Source: Camelus ferus
Lineage: Eukaryota
Direction of reading: 5' to 3'
DNA: 64,000 nucleotides
NCBI RefSeq assembly: GCF_009834535.1
Contig: NC_045705.1
Coordinates: forward strand, 64,666,001 to 64,730,000
In this document: in pieces, positions 1 to 12,050 of the stretch
How the letters are laid out: the number at the start of each line of letters is the position of its first letter
Position numbering within the stretch: the stretch's first letter is position 1
Notes under the pieces: generated by a model
The model's database searches: none
Told to the model about the DNA's origin: nothing
Seen by the model: the letters and a program-made list of their open reading frames with translations, nothing else
Program-made: the position numbers and the translations under genes

Positions 1-1814
1 GGCTCTATCGATTCTGAGTCTCACCAAGACTTCATGTACAACTGAGGAAGAAAACATACTACCATCCATGCCCCGATTTCAGACATGTGAAAAATGGAGT
101 CACGCAAATCACTTGTAAGCACAGACTGAGTGAAGCACTACCAAGGAGAAGCCGAGGGGGCAGAGGGAACAAAGTGGCCCAGTTGGGAAAAGTGGGTTCA
201 GGGAGGCCTCTCAAAGGACAGGATGGTAGAGCCCCGGACTGAGGGGTGAGTAGGAAGAAGGGTGCAGGGAAGCGGGACCCCTGTTTCAGCACCCTGGGCA
301 GGATTAGGGGTGCTCCTGCACTGGCCACCCTTCCCCACCACTCCCGGTGTCCACCCTTGGGAGTTGCTAGCTTCGTCCTACCTGACTTGTCCCTGCAGTG
401 CCCACTCCCTTGAGCAGCCTCTCTAGGACTTCCTCCCTGGCTGGGGCCTTGCTATCTCTGAAATTCTATGCTGGGACCCACCCTAGCCTCTCCTGTACCC
501 AAACCCCATGCTTCTGGGGAGAAGTCCCAGCCCTCTCTGCTGTGAGGGATGGAAAGGTTTAGTGTACAATGGTGGAGGGGGAGCATGGTGGCATTAAGAT
601 TTGGATCAGAGAAGCTGGTGGGACTTTTCAGTGAGGACTGGTATGCCCAGCCAGGTGTGCACAGCCAGCCAACCCACAGGCCACATGCCCATGATTCATG
701 GAAACATCACAGGGTATACCTGGGTATCACTGGGAGGCCCCGATCTGAGATGGCCAGGTGATCAGTGACTGTGATTCTCTGGGGGCCCCCATCAGGTGCC
801 CCCAGATGCAGGGGACCCTGGGGATCTTGGAGGGCAGTGATCTCCAAGACCGAGAATCCACAGATGGGGCAGAAAGTCCATTAGGAGGCTCTCTGGTTCC
901 AAGTTGGGGGCTGGAGGTCTACCCCTCTTTGGAAATGATGCCGAAGCTGGGGCCTGTGGGGGAGGCTGAGCCTCTGACTCTCAGGCAGTCGGCTGAAGTC
1001 CAAGGCCACGCCCTCTGAACAACAGCTCTTGGCCTTTTCAGTAGTGCTGACCCCTGCTCACTTCCTCAGCGGGCTTCATTCCTGGACACCCAGCACAGAG
1101 CTTGGGACTAAAGGGTCCCTGGTGATGCCAGCTGACCACCCAGTGGGGTAGACCCTACCCCTCTCTTGAACCAGGTCAGCCCCTTCTGTTGCCCTCAACC
1201 CAGAACAGGCCCACACAGGGTGGAGGGTGGTGGAACCTTGGTTGACAACAGTTTAATCATGGTGAGCTGTGTTGTCGCTGCACTTTACAGTATACAAAGC
1301 ACTTTCCTCTTAGGACCTCATTAGACTGTCACACCAGCCTTAGGGGGTCTTGTGATGGCCCTATTGAGGAAAGGAGCAGGAACTGAGATAGCGCCCGGGG
1401 GTCAGCAGTGGATAAGCGGTAAGGTAGAAGGCAGAATCCACATCTGAGGACTCTGGAGAAGGTAGGCAGGTGGTGGGGAAGGCTGGGGCGCTGCGAGCAG
1501 GGCCAGTGTGACCTTGGCTGCCCAGTGGTAGGGCCTGCTGCACCTGGATGCCAGACAGTGCCCAGGTTACTGCTGCCTGGGGAGCTGGGGCTTGGCGAGC
1601 CCAAGGTTGAAGCCACAAATTGTCCCTGGGTGGCTTGTGTTGTCTCGTGCTGAGAGCATTTTCATGAGTGCCTGGCTCAGTCCTCCTGGGCCAGGGCCAC
1701 CCTACTGCCTTCACCACTGACTGATGCCCTCAGGAAGCCCCAGAGCGCACAGAGTCTCAGTAAGTGTTTGTTGAACGAACAAGTGATCTTTCTGAATCTC
1801 ATGGCTGATAGCTC

Positions 1815-2190
1815 CCCTGCTATACTTACATTGCCTCCCTGGCACTCTACCTTTTCCAAGATAAAGGCCAGACTCTCCAGGCTTGTCCAGAGCCCTGTAC
1901 ACCTGGCCTGGCTGACATTAGTCACCTCACCTTCCACCATGGCCCCCCTTGACTCCTACCTCCCAACTCCAACCAAGAATTCCAGATCTCCAAACCCTAG
2001 CCTCTTTCACGTCACAGTCCCTGAAGCTGAAATGAGCTTCAAGCGTCCGCCTAGAACATTCTTCCTGACCCTCCAAGACCAACTCAAGAGCCACCTCCCC
2101 TGGGAAGCTACCTTGGATGTTGCAGAGCACTTGACCTCTGTATCCCGGAGTCACATGGTAATGATGTCTGTTTCAGCAAGATCCTGCTAA
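1815..2190 (+). mobile_element. L2 LINE fragment
   Basis: caagataaaggccagactctcc...ccctgtacacctggcc...tccaagaccaactcaagagccacctcccctgggaagc, typical of the L2 3' region. Confidence 0.65.
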
Positions 2191-2340
2191 ACCCTAACTG
2201 CCTAGGTACCCACCCCCTGGCTCGATTTCTGGTTTTGCTAGGATGGGGTCCAGCAGAGCCTGATTCCCTTTGGCCTTTGGTCCCCAAAAAGCCCCCTGCA
2301 CCATGGACCTCCATAAATATTCTTTGAATTGTCTGCAGCT

Positions 2341-2465
2341 GCCAGGCATGGCTGAGTGAGTTAGGGTACATCAGCTTGTTGGAATATCATGCAGCCATAA
2401 AAAACACTATTATGAAGATGGTATTTTGATATCTAAATGCAATCTGTCAAATACAGCTATATCCA
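2341..2465 (+). mobile_element. Old L1M (L1MC/ME-like) 3' fragment
   Basis: ggtacatc...ggaatatcatgcagccataaaaa resembles the old L1 motif ggtacatccatatgatggaatattatgcagccattaaaaa. Confidence 0.6.
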
Positions 2466-3542
2466 TACGATCCACTCCACTCTGGGGCCCTGAGTGCCTG
2501 CTTTGTGCCAGCACTGTGCTAGGCCTGGGGGCGGCGGGAATGGAAAGGAGTCCCTCCTTCAAGGGATTCAGTTTAGAAGAGGAGGAAGACAGGCACATAA
2601 TTCCCCAGCAAGGTGCTAAGTGCCATGATGGAGGGATGATGGAGCCCCAGGGCCCTCACGTCCATCTGGGAGTCTAGGGAGGCGGAACGGAAACCATATC
2701 TCCATAAAAGTTACAGCCGACAGGGCATGGACAAGCCTGGAAGGGAGCAGAAGAATGGAGGCTGTTGACGCCACAGGGCGGTGGTGTTGTGGGTGATTTT
2801 TCTTTCCTTTATTGTTGATATGATGGTGTTTGGACAATAAATAAAAATTGGGAGAAAAAATAGCTGTTTGGTGAATTGAGTATAAAGCAGAAGAAAGGGA
2901 GATAAGGAGAGGGAAGCAGGGATAGAGGGGTGAGGAGGGAGAGGCAAGAAGGGCCAATGAAGAGGTGCTCACTGCAAGGACCGAGGCAGCAGCCTCAGGC
3001 AAGGCCTCAGCCTGCTCCGGGATGGGAGAGCACAGGATGCGGGGGAGAGAGGGGCTGATGTTCCTTAGGGTGATCTTCCCCTAGGGAGAAGCTGGGAGGG
3101 CATCCCAGAGGAGAGGTGGCTTGGCCAGGCCTTAAAGGACAGCAAAGCCCAGGGTGTGCTGGGCTCCTGGAAGGTCTAACATGGGCCTGCAGTTGGGATA
3201 GTGGGTGGGAGATGCTGGGATGGGACTCGGAGGAGGGGTCCCAGCCAGATTGTGGGGAGTCTGGGCATGGACCTGCAAGCAGTGGGGCCTGGGTGGAGGT
3301 GGGGGGGTTCTAGATAGAGGCAAGGACTCACTCAGAGCAGCCCTCTAGGGAGAAGGGTGGCAGGACCAGATGACTGAGCTCTGTGACAAGGTCTGGTCTA
3401 GGGATGCCAGGCAGACAGAGAACTCCTCAGTATCCCAGAGAAGGCCAAGAGCATGGGAACTTCCCAGGCTCAGAGGAGGGAGGTCTAGTCCACCCCTACC
3501 ACCACACTGGAACCTGCACAACAGGCGTAGACATTTCCTGTC

Positions 3543-3731
3543 ACTAATGTGTGCCAGGCATGGCCCTAGCCACTTTCCTTTTCAAGGTCTCCTTCACCCT
3601 GCTGTTAACCCTTGGAAGTAAGTTGTTAATGCTCCCATTTTATAACGGGGGACACTGAGATTTGGAGGTTAAGTAACTTGCTCAAGGTCACAGTCAGCTA
3701 ATGAGGGGGAAAGCGAGGCTGGGATCTGACC
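3543..3731 (-). mobile_element. MIR SINE
   Basis: cccattttataacggggacactgag...aagtaacttgctcaaggtcaca (antisense MIR core). Confidence 0.75.
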
Positions 3732-3829
3732 TGGGAGCAAGGCAGGTGAGAGGGTCCCAGTGGGGAAGGGGCGTCAGACAGGGAGAAAGCGGTTACCCGG
3801 GCACGCAGAGGAGGCGGTGGGTACCTGTT

Positions 3830-3905
3830 TGTGAATGAATGCATGGGTGCACAGATGAATGAATGAACGGATGGATGGGTGGAAGGATGGATGAATGAGT
3901 GGGTG
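3830..3905. repeat. Degenerate (GAAT)n/(GGAT)n simple repeat
   Basis: gtgaatgaatgcatggg...gatgaatgaatgaacggatggatgggtggaaggatggatgaatgagtgg. Confidence 0.8.
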
Positions 3906-3929
3906 CAGAGAGGAGGGGTGTAAGGGGAG

Positions 3930-5400
3930 GTGGCGCGTGAGCGTGAGTGAGAACCCTTCTCTCTCTCCCCGCCCCCGCGCTGGAGGCTGGCTTTGGGAAC
4001 CTCCCTCCTACCCCCCTCCCCCCAGGACCAACACCCCAACCTCCCTGCCCACCCCCATCCATTTTAGCGGTGGGTAGGGGGAGTGGGACGCGAAGGCCGA
4101 TTCTCCCAGGCTGGGCCCGAGTCCCCGCGCAGCGGCGCAGCCTCCCACGCCGGGTCCCGCCGGCCAGTGCGCAGCGCGGCGCCCCCGCCCCCGTCGCCTC
4201 CTCCCCGCCCGCTGCCTCCCCCCTCTTCCCCCCTNNNNNNNNNNNNNNNNNNNNNNNNNNNNNNNNNNNNNNNNNNNNNNNNNNNNNNNNNNNNNNNNNN
4301 NNNNNNNNNNNNNNNNNNNNNNNNNNNNNNNNNNNNNNNNNNNNNNNNNNNNNNNNNNNNNNNNNNNNNNNNNNNNGCTGCTGGCCCTCGCCCCGCCGAG
4401 CGCACCCACCCGGGCACACGCACCCCGGCCGCCAGGCGCACCCCGCGCACGCCCCCGCGCACGCCCCCCGCGGCTACGCCGGGCGCCCGAGCCGGGCAGA
4501 TGCGCCGCCGCGCGCTCTCCGCCCCGGGCCCGCCACCGCGCTCCGCGGAGNNNNNNNNNNNNNNNNNNNNNNNNNNNNNNNNNNNNNNNNNNNNNNNNNN
4601 NNNNNNNNNNNNNNNNNNNNNNNNNNNNNNNNNNNNNNNNNNNNNNNNNNNNNNNNNNNNNNNNNNNNNNNNNNNNNNNNNNNNNNNNNNNNNNNNNNTG
4701 CACGGGGCGGGGGGCCTGGGTCCGCGCGCGCAAGACGGGGCTATGGGGCCAGCGTGGCGGGGTGGGGGAGCGCAGGGAGGCGCCGCGGGATCCGGCTGCC
4801 CGGCTTTGCCCAGCTGCCTCCGGGACCGATCAGCCTTTGGGATTTGGGGTGGGGGCCCCCGAGTGGACAGCCGAGTACCCGCGGCGCTGGCTTCGCCACG
4901 GGGAGGCACCGGGTGCGCGGCCAGCGGCTTCGCTCTCTTCATCAGAGGCTGGAAAGGGCGGGGGCTCGGTCGGAGCCCGAGCCCTTGCTGCGCCCCCAGG
5001 CAGGAGCCCCTACCCGCTGGGGTCGCCAAGCTGGGCTTGCCGGTTCGGCTCCGGCCCAGTCCCCGGGAACCGGCGGGCTAGGGCGAGCGGAGAGAGGCAG
5101 CCGGCCGGCCAGGGCGCCGCGCTCCGGTCCCCACCAGCCGCGTGAGTCACGGTTGGAGCGAGGTTTTATTTTTAAAACGACTTCAAGGGGGGCATAAGCA
5201 GCCTCCAACTTCCCTCCCTGTGCGCGCAGTGGACGGTCAGCCCGGTGCGGGGCAGGGGGCCAGGGCGGTGCACCTGGCGGCTAGAACAGTGCGACCGCTG
5301 GGCTGGAGGCGGTGGGGGGCGGTGGGCAGCAGGTGCCCCCTCAAGCCGGAGGCCGGGTGCCTGCCCCTCCTCGCGGGGACTGGAGGCCCAGGGGCGGAAG
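3930..5400. promoter_or_regulatory. Large CpG island, probable main promoter/first exon region of an unidentified gene
   Basis: Very dense CpG and GC boxes (ccccgcccc, ggggcgggg) throughout. Contains two GC-dropout N gaps (4235-4376, 4551-4698). AP-1 site TGAGTCA at 5143-5149. Confidence 0.85.
4235..4376. other. Assembly gap (N run). Other gaps: 4551-4698, 27785-27940, 28753-28980, 41826-42083, 55460-55603
   Basis: Runs of n in the sequence. Four of the six lie in or beside CpG/GC-rich tracts and one lies inside the L1. Confidence 0.99.
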
Positions 5401-8400
5401 GCTGGGGAGCGTTGTTGGTTGTTGCCCAGCTGCAGGGAACCGTGGCTGATCACAGCTCTCCAAGGAGGAGAAAGTTGTGGAGCATCACATCAGGGAGCTG
5501 CCCCAGGTTTCTCGGTGGCCCTGGAGGGCTGGGAGGCTCTCTAGGGTGAGTGGTTTTAAGAGAACACAGCCCAGCTGGGGTGTGCAAGGCCCCTGTAGCC
5601 CAAGCCAGAGCCCTGATGTGAATAAATAAAGCCTAGACTAGGGGGTGGGGAGGGGGCAGCTGGGTCCTGCCTTGTCCCACCCTGGCCCCTGCACCCTCAG
5701 GGAAAACAGAGACCAGTCCCTCTTCTCTCCCTCCCCAGGTGGCTTAGGAGTTGGGGAGGAGGCTGCCTGTGTTGGGGCACAGAGCCCCACAGAATGCAGG
5801 ATGCCACTGGCAGAGGGATGTGGGCTGGGGCATGCCCCTCTCTGCTCAAGCAGCCATGGGGAAGGTGGCCACACTCAGGGGCTCCAGACTCAGGTTTCTG
5901 GAGTAAAAGCCAACTGCGTCTCTTCCTGCCAGCCCCAGGAGGAGAGGCGCAAACATCACCTGTCAGCTGGTGCCGATTCCGTGGGCGACTGTTCAGGGCT
6001 TCCTCAGGGGTTTAAATGGAAATGGCCTGAGCTGCCAGGACCCATGCCCAGGAGGGGTTACTGCCCAGCTGAGCAGGCAGAGAGGGGGCCCTGGTAGGTC
6101 TGACGGGCTGTCACATCCTGGCTGAAGGGCTGGCCATGGGCAGGTTTGAGAGGAGGAGAGAGGAGGGCAGACAGGGTGTCTGTGTCTGGGGGGAGCTATG
6201 TGCACCCCAGGCCCTGTGATCTCACATAGACACCGAGACTGGACACTCTTCTGTAAAAAGCCACCCCAGCGTGAGTTTAAGCAGGCATGCCCTGAGGCTG
6301 CTGTAGTCTGCTGCGATGTCCCCTAGACCTCGGTCTGTATGCCTCCATCCTACCACTTACTGGTTGAAAGTCCCTCTGCCTCTCTGAGCCTCAGTTTCCC
6401 TTGTCAGTAAAATGGATTGACTGTACTGACCTCCTGAGGCTGAGTTTGGGGGGGGGCCAGGATGTATTATAAAATGGGTGGGGTTGACAGATGTCCTGCT
6501 CCTGGGTTGAAGGGGTCCCCAAGGTCTGCGGGCACCTGCAGAAGCCTTGGAGGGCTGGGGTTTGGGGGTCAGATTCCAGCACTGACCCTCAGGAGCAGCG
6601 CTCTCCCTGGTGTCCCCCTGCCACCCCACACCTCCCCTGAGGCCTCCCATCATCAGCTCCTGGGAGGTCCATCCAGCTGGTCTCTAAGGAGGCAGTGGGG
6701 AGGGGTGTTGTCACCCCATTGCATCACTTGCTGTCAGGGCTTTGTGAGGAGGGCGTTGGTCTGCAGGACTCAGCTCTGTGCAGACTGAGGTCTGGTGGCT
6801 GAGCCTCTGTCGCCCACTGGGTGACCCCAAACCTTCACCCATGGGGACCCCACTTCCTTGCCTGCACAGGGGGATAGAGCGGCTGCCGCACGCTGTGAGA
6901 ATGAGTGCACATCCTGAGAGTGGGACAGGAGGGAAGGGCGGTGCACAAAAGAGGGGCAGGTAGTGTCTGTACTCACCTCTAAGTTAGCTGAGAGATGGAC
7001 GGGACCTCAAATGGCGGGTGTCAAGGGACAGAGAGGCAGGCTTGGAACTGGCTGACTGCCTGCAGAGGCCCAGTGTGGTGGCAGTTGTCAAGAAGAGGCT
7101 TCCCTGGTGCAGGGGAGGATGCAGCCCTTGTGGCCTGCTGGGCACAGCCACCTTTGCCCAGTCAGGTGGGACAGAGGCAGCAGGCAGAGGCAGCAGGCAG
7201 GGCAGGGAGGCAGTGCTGGGAGGGGCAGGGCAGCTTGCCCCCTTCCTGGAGAAGGGGCAGATGGCTCATGACTGACTATGAGCAGAAGAAGGCCCTGCCC
7301 CGTGGTGTGTGTCTTCTGGGAACTCCCCAGCCGGCCAGGCTGCCCTAGAGTCAGGGCTGAGAAATGGCCTGATCACAGAGATGGGGCCTGTCTGGGGCTG
7401 TGCAGGGGTCTGGCTGGAACAACCCTTCCGCTCCAGGGTCCTAGGAATTTGTGGTTCCTGGGGAGGGTTTCTCAGCCTGGCCTGCTGCCCTCCAGCGAGT
7501 TCCTGGATCTTGTTGGGCCTCGATATCCTCATCTGTAAAGTGGGGTAATACCAGTATCCACCTTAGGGGTTCCCACTATGAGATGATGCATGTGAAGCTT
7601 TTAGCAGAGTTTATGCCTAGCAGTGTGGCCACCACTGTGATCCCCACCCCTGCTTCATGCTGGGCTGAGGGCTTTCAGCTTCTTCAGGCCTCGGAGTAGC
7701 AGGAAGGACCACCCCAGCCACCACCCCCCCCCCCAGCCCCCAAAGCCCATTCCGTGTGGGATCTCAGCCACCTGCTGGCTGGGGTCGTCAGCTCCAGTGC
7801 CCAGCCCCAGAGACAGCAGGGATGTCCAGGAGCAATGAGGGTGAGGGCGAGGGTTTTTGCCTTGGAGCCCTCATGGGATGGGGTGTGTGGGCTGTGAGTA
7901 AGTGTACAGACCAGGAGGGGTGTGAGGGATGTGGGCATGGCTGGAGGTCCTAAATGCCTGCAGTGGGGTGGGTGGGGGCTGCTCACCATCGGGAAAAGCC
8001 GCCAGGGCTCGGGGAGGCTGAGGCTGGTGCAGGCCTCAGGCCTGCTTGCTGCCCTTGATATGTGAGTTTGGGGGTCCCCTCCCCCAGAACCTGGGTTGCT
8101 CTCCCTGAGACAGACTTCAGGCCTGCTCCGGCTTGTGCCAGGGTATAAGGCAGCTGCATGCTGTCCTCTGCTGTGAAGCAGTCACCCCAAGAAGGCTGGG
8201 GGGTGGGGGGATGGCCTGAGGAAAAGACAGGGGAGAGGACAGCGTGACCCCAGGGTGCTCCTGCCATGCCCCGCCCCCCATGCGGGCCAGCATGGCATCC
8301 CCTAGCAGCAGCTGGAGCAGAGAGGGCTCCACGGAGAGAGAGCCGTGTTTGTGCAGGCCTGTTTGCCTGAGCGGCGAGTGGATGTCTGTTTACCGCTGCC

Positions 8401-10560
8401 TGCGGCCCCCAGAGCCCAGCCGCTCCCTGGGGTCAGCGGCTCTGCAGATGATGTCAGCATTTGGGGGCCTCGACTCGCCTTGTGGAAGCTGTTTGCTGGA
8501 TTTGCTGCAGCCCTGGGTTTTGAAACTCCGACCGTGGACTTGCGCGTGCTGCCTCCCACCCTGTGGAGCTGGGACCAGTGAGCATGGGGGAGGGGCACGG
8601 GGAGGGATGGGGAGACCCCACCCGCCATTGGCATTGTTTTGTGGGGTAAGGGGTTGGCTCACAAGGTGCCCTGCCTGGCTCCCTGGCTCTTCAGTCTTTC
8701 TTTCCGTCAGTCCATCCCTCCCTCATTCATTCATTCATTTGGCATTGAGCACGGGTCACGGTCAGGGGCCAGGTACAGTGCTGGGCTCTGGGAGGAAAGG
8801 AGGGAAACGAGCAGCTGCAAGTCTTGCCCTCAGGGAGCTGTAGTTGGGAGTGGGGGTCAGACAGGATCAGATACTTCCTCTCCCACGGAACCTTGGACTC
8901 TGAAGGTGGGAAGGCAGCCCTGTGAGGTGGGCTGATAGGGGAGCCTGCTGGGGGCTGGGAACAGGGAAGGGGGTGCTTGAGCCAAGGACGTGAAGGTGGA
9001 GCAGTGTCGGTGAGGAGGAGGGGCAGGAACGAGGGGCCTGGAGGACGGAACCCACATAAGGGACTGCGTGTGGACCCCTTGGCCGGTGTGAGGAGCACAG
9101 GGGGCCGGGGAGGCATCTGGACCGTGGGTCTGTTTGGAGCTTGTGGTCTGCCTCCCTGGGTCTCTGCTGGCCTTTCTCCATCTCTTGGACTCCTGGACCT
9201 GCCTCAGTGACCTTCTGCCTAGTCCTCCTGGGTGAGCCCTTCGAAGGGTGGGCTTCCTGGGCTCGATCAGTCCCCTGTTCCTGAGAGCTGTGTGTCTGCC
9301 TGTGTGGGCAGGCTGACCCAGCCTCTGATGGGCCAGGAGGGAGAATATTTGGGCTTGTCTGTAATGGGGCAGGGGTCCCAGTACAGACTGATGGGTGACA
9401 GTGACAAAGCCTCTTCTGGCTCTGAATGTCCCTCAGCTCGGGGATGGAGCACTGGACAGAGGGGCTGGGGAAGCGAGTGAAGGCCAGGTCTCCTGGAGGC
9501 ACCAGGACCCAGCTGTATGGGGCTCAGCTAACCACTAGGGGACACTGCCTCCCAGGCATCCAGAGGGCGGAAGGGGCCCAGGTGCTGTAGGCTCTGCTCT
9601 CTGGGGGTTGGGTGGGGGACTCGCAGGCAGGGAGGCAGCGGCTGGGCCTCTGGGGGATGGCTTTGTACTTAATTGAAACTGGGATTAAAACCGGGGTGGT
9701 TGAGGTGCTGGCCCCGGGCCGTTCCCGTCTGCTCTGCTCCCAAGAAGCAGCTCTGTGACAGCATGTTTTTTGCTCCCTATTCCCTCCTTCTGCCTGAATT
9801 AATCGTTGGCACCAGATTACAACAGATTTAGCAAACTGTAAAAAAAAGAGAGCGAGAGCTGGAGAGAGGAAGAGAGAAAAGAAAGGGGGACTCACTTCGG
9901 AGGAGAGGACGACGGCATTTATCTACACAAGCAGCAAATTGCTCTCGTGGACTGGTGGACAGCCCCTCCACCCTCCACCCCTGGTTACGCCTGGGAAGTG
10001 CTGCCCAGGAACCAGTCCTGGCGCCAGGATGGGCTTTTCCTGGGGGCGGGCTGCCAAGGGCTGCCTGGTGGAGTAGAGGGGAGAGCTGAGTTTTCAGGGG
10101 GTAGTGGCGGGTGCCCTGGGCCTCTCTGGGCGGGAGCTGCCTGGCTGGCTGGTCCTGAGTGGTGGTGGGGCTGGGGATGAGGGGTCAGAGGCCCCATGTG
10201 GCAGGGATGGGTTGAGGGCAGGAGTTGTGTCTGTCTGTCTTACTCACTGGTGCAGCCATAGGGGACATGGCACATAGTAGGTGCTCAGTGTGGTGCAGGG
10301 TAGGTGAACAGATGAGTGAAAGATGAAGCCATGGCTGAACTGCCTCAGGAGCTGCTGTGGGTGGCAGCGGAGGGTCCATCCTACCAGCTGGGACCCCTGG
10401 GGACTCCTCTAGACTCCTCTAGACTCAGCTGCCCCTCAAGCGACACACCACCCCTGGGTCCTGGATCAAACATGGACCGGACCCAGGATCCTTGCAGACC
10501 CTGCCCAGGAGCTGCCTGTGGCTTTCCTGGGATGACCTTCATTAAAAACATGCTCTTCTG

Positions 10561-10706
10561 AGGGGAGGAGAGTATAGCTCAGTGGTAGAGCGCATGCTCA
10601 GCATGCACGAAGTCCTGGGTTCGATCCCCAGCACCTCCATTAAACAAACAAATAAATAAACAAACCTAATCCCCCCTCTCTTCCCTCCAAAAAAAAAAAA
10701 AGAATT
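10561..10706 (+). mobile_element. tRNA-Ala-derived SINE (camelid Vic-1-like), full length
   Basis: Head matches tRNA-Ala(AGC) (TATAGCTCAGTGGTAGAGCGCATGC...GGTTCGATCCCCAGCACCTCCA), then an AAAT-type tail and poly(A). Perfect 16-bp TSD aaaacatgctcttctg at 10545-10560 and 10707-10722. Confidence 0.9.
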
Positions 10707-11823
10707 AAAACATGCTCTTCTGCCAGACCAACTGGTTCTGTCTCAGGGGAATCTGGTTGCCGGCAGGCCTGCTGGGCTCCTAGACAGGGCTGGGCTGCCC
10801 CTGCCCTGAGTAGGGGGCTCAGGTTCATTGGGGGCGGGGGGGGGTGCTCATTCTCTCAGAGAAGCTGCGTGGGGTGGGCTAGGCCCAGAGCTGGCCACAG
10901 CTGAGTTATCCACAGTCCCAGTGGTGGCAGGACCAGATCAGGACGGGAGATAGATATTCACCGTGCCCACACCTCCTGCACGCTCACACACACTCACACT
11001 CCTGCACACACACGCTCACACCCACCCTCTTAACCTGCCTTCCCTGAGCCAGCCGAGCCTGGCTCTGGTGAATGAACCCTACAGCCCACCCCCTCTCCAG
11101 GACCCTGCTGCTAAGAAGGGCCTTGATGCCACCCACCCATCCCAGGGCCTCTTCCTGTGCAGCCCCTGCCCATCCTGACCCCATAGACAGGGCTGTCTGT
11201 TGCCCATATGCTTTCACTGGGTCCCTCTCTGGGAAGGGGGTGGGTGCAAAGGAGTGAGAAGCCAGGGTGAGAGCCCCCTCCCAAACCCTGCTCCAGCTGA
11301 GGAGGCCTTGTAGCCTAACCCAGGAGGGAGCCCAGAAGTCAGGCTGGCACTGGGCAGGGCCACCTGCTTGGAGCCAGCAGGGGATGAGAGAGTTGGCCGG
11401 GTGCTCAGGGCTGGCCAGTGAACAGAGAGAGGGCTCCTAGCAGAGAGAGGGCAGCGAGGGTCTTGGAAGTCCTTCCCCCACCAATGGAGACTGCACCCCC
11501 TGTAGTCTGCCCACTTGTCCCAGGGAGACATACCATACACAATCCCCTACCCCCTAGTCAGAGACGGGGGCTCTCTGTGCCTCGGTTTCCCCACTACTGC
11601 TGGCCAAGGGGTTGGACTGCCAGGCCCCAAAGTGCTCACCAGCATCATGGCTCTGGGACTCTGAGCCCTGAGACCCCGCCAGCCTTGGGCTGCTGAGAGG
11701 GCTGGGCAGTGTCACATCCCCGCTGTGCCTGGCTTTCCACTGTGAGGAGGGAGGCTGAGGCACAGAGTGGAGAGAGGCCTCCTCCAAGGCCATGTGGAAG
11801 TCAGGCTTCACCACAAGGCATCT

Positions 11824-12050
11824 GGGCAGTGAAATGACAGTGCCCAGGCTGTGGAGTCTGGTGGACCTGGGTTCTAATCCTACCTCTGTTACTTATCAGC
11901 TGGGTGCCCCTGGATGCCCCTGGATGCCCCTGGATGCCTTACTTCCCCTCTCTATTCCTCAGTCTGCACATCTGTGAAGTGGACCAACAGGGCACACTTC
12001 CCAGGGTCAGTGTGAAGATTCAGTGTGATGGTGTCCACGGAAGGGCTCTG
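11824..12050 (+). mobile_element. MIR SINE containing an internal 10-bp triplication
   Basis: ggctgtggagtc...ctgggttctaatcc...acttatcagctgggtg...cctcagtctgcacatctgtgaagtgg. Confidence 0.7.

Noticed and set aside
3793-5197. Long ORFs in several frames over the CpG island (e.g. 416 aa, 332 aa, 321 aa), including ATG 4500 MRRRALSAPGPP
   Set aside because: Open in nearly all frames because of extreme GC content and N runs. The products are Pro/Gly/Ala/Arg low complexity with no recognisable domain, and the Kozak context is weak. A real coding start hidden in the gaps cannot be excluded.
9532-9545. CTCF-like CCACTAGGGGACAC (weaker matches at about 49737 and 51781)
   Set aside because: Each has mismatches at core positions, and such matches are expected by chance in GC-rich DNA without a PWM scan.
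10568-10639. tRNA-Ala(AGC)-like sequences (also about 20179-20253 and 45844-45917)
   Set aside because: They have SINE tails and TSDs and disrupted stems (3 mismatches in the acceptor stem of the 10.6 kb copy), so they are SINE heads, not tRNA genes.
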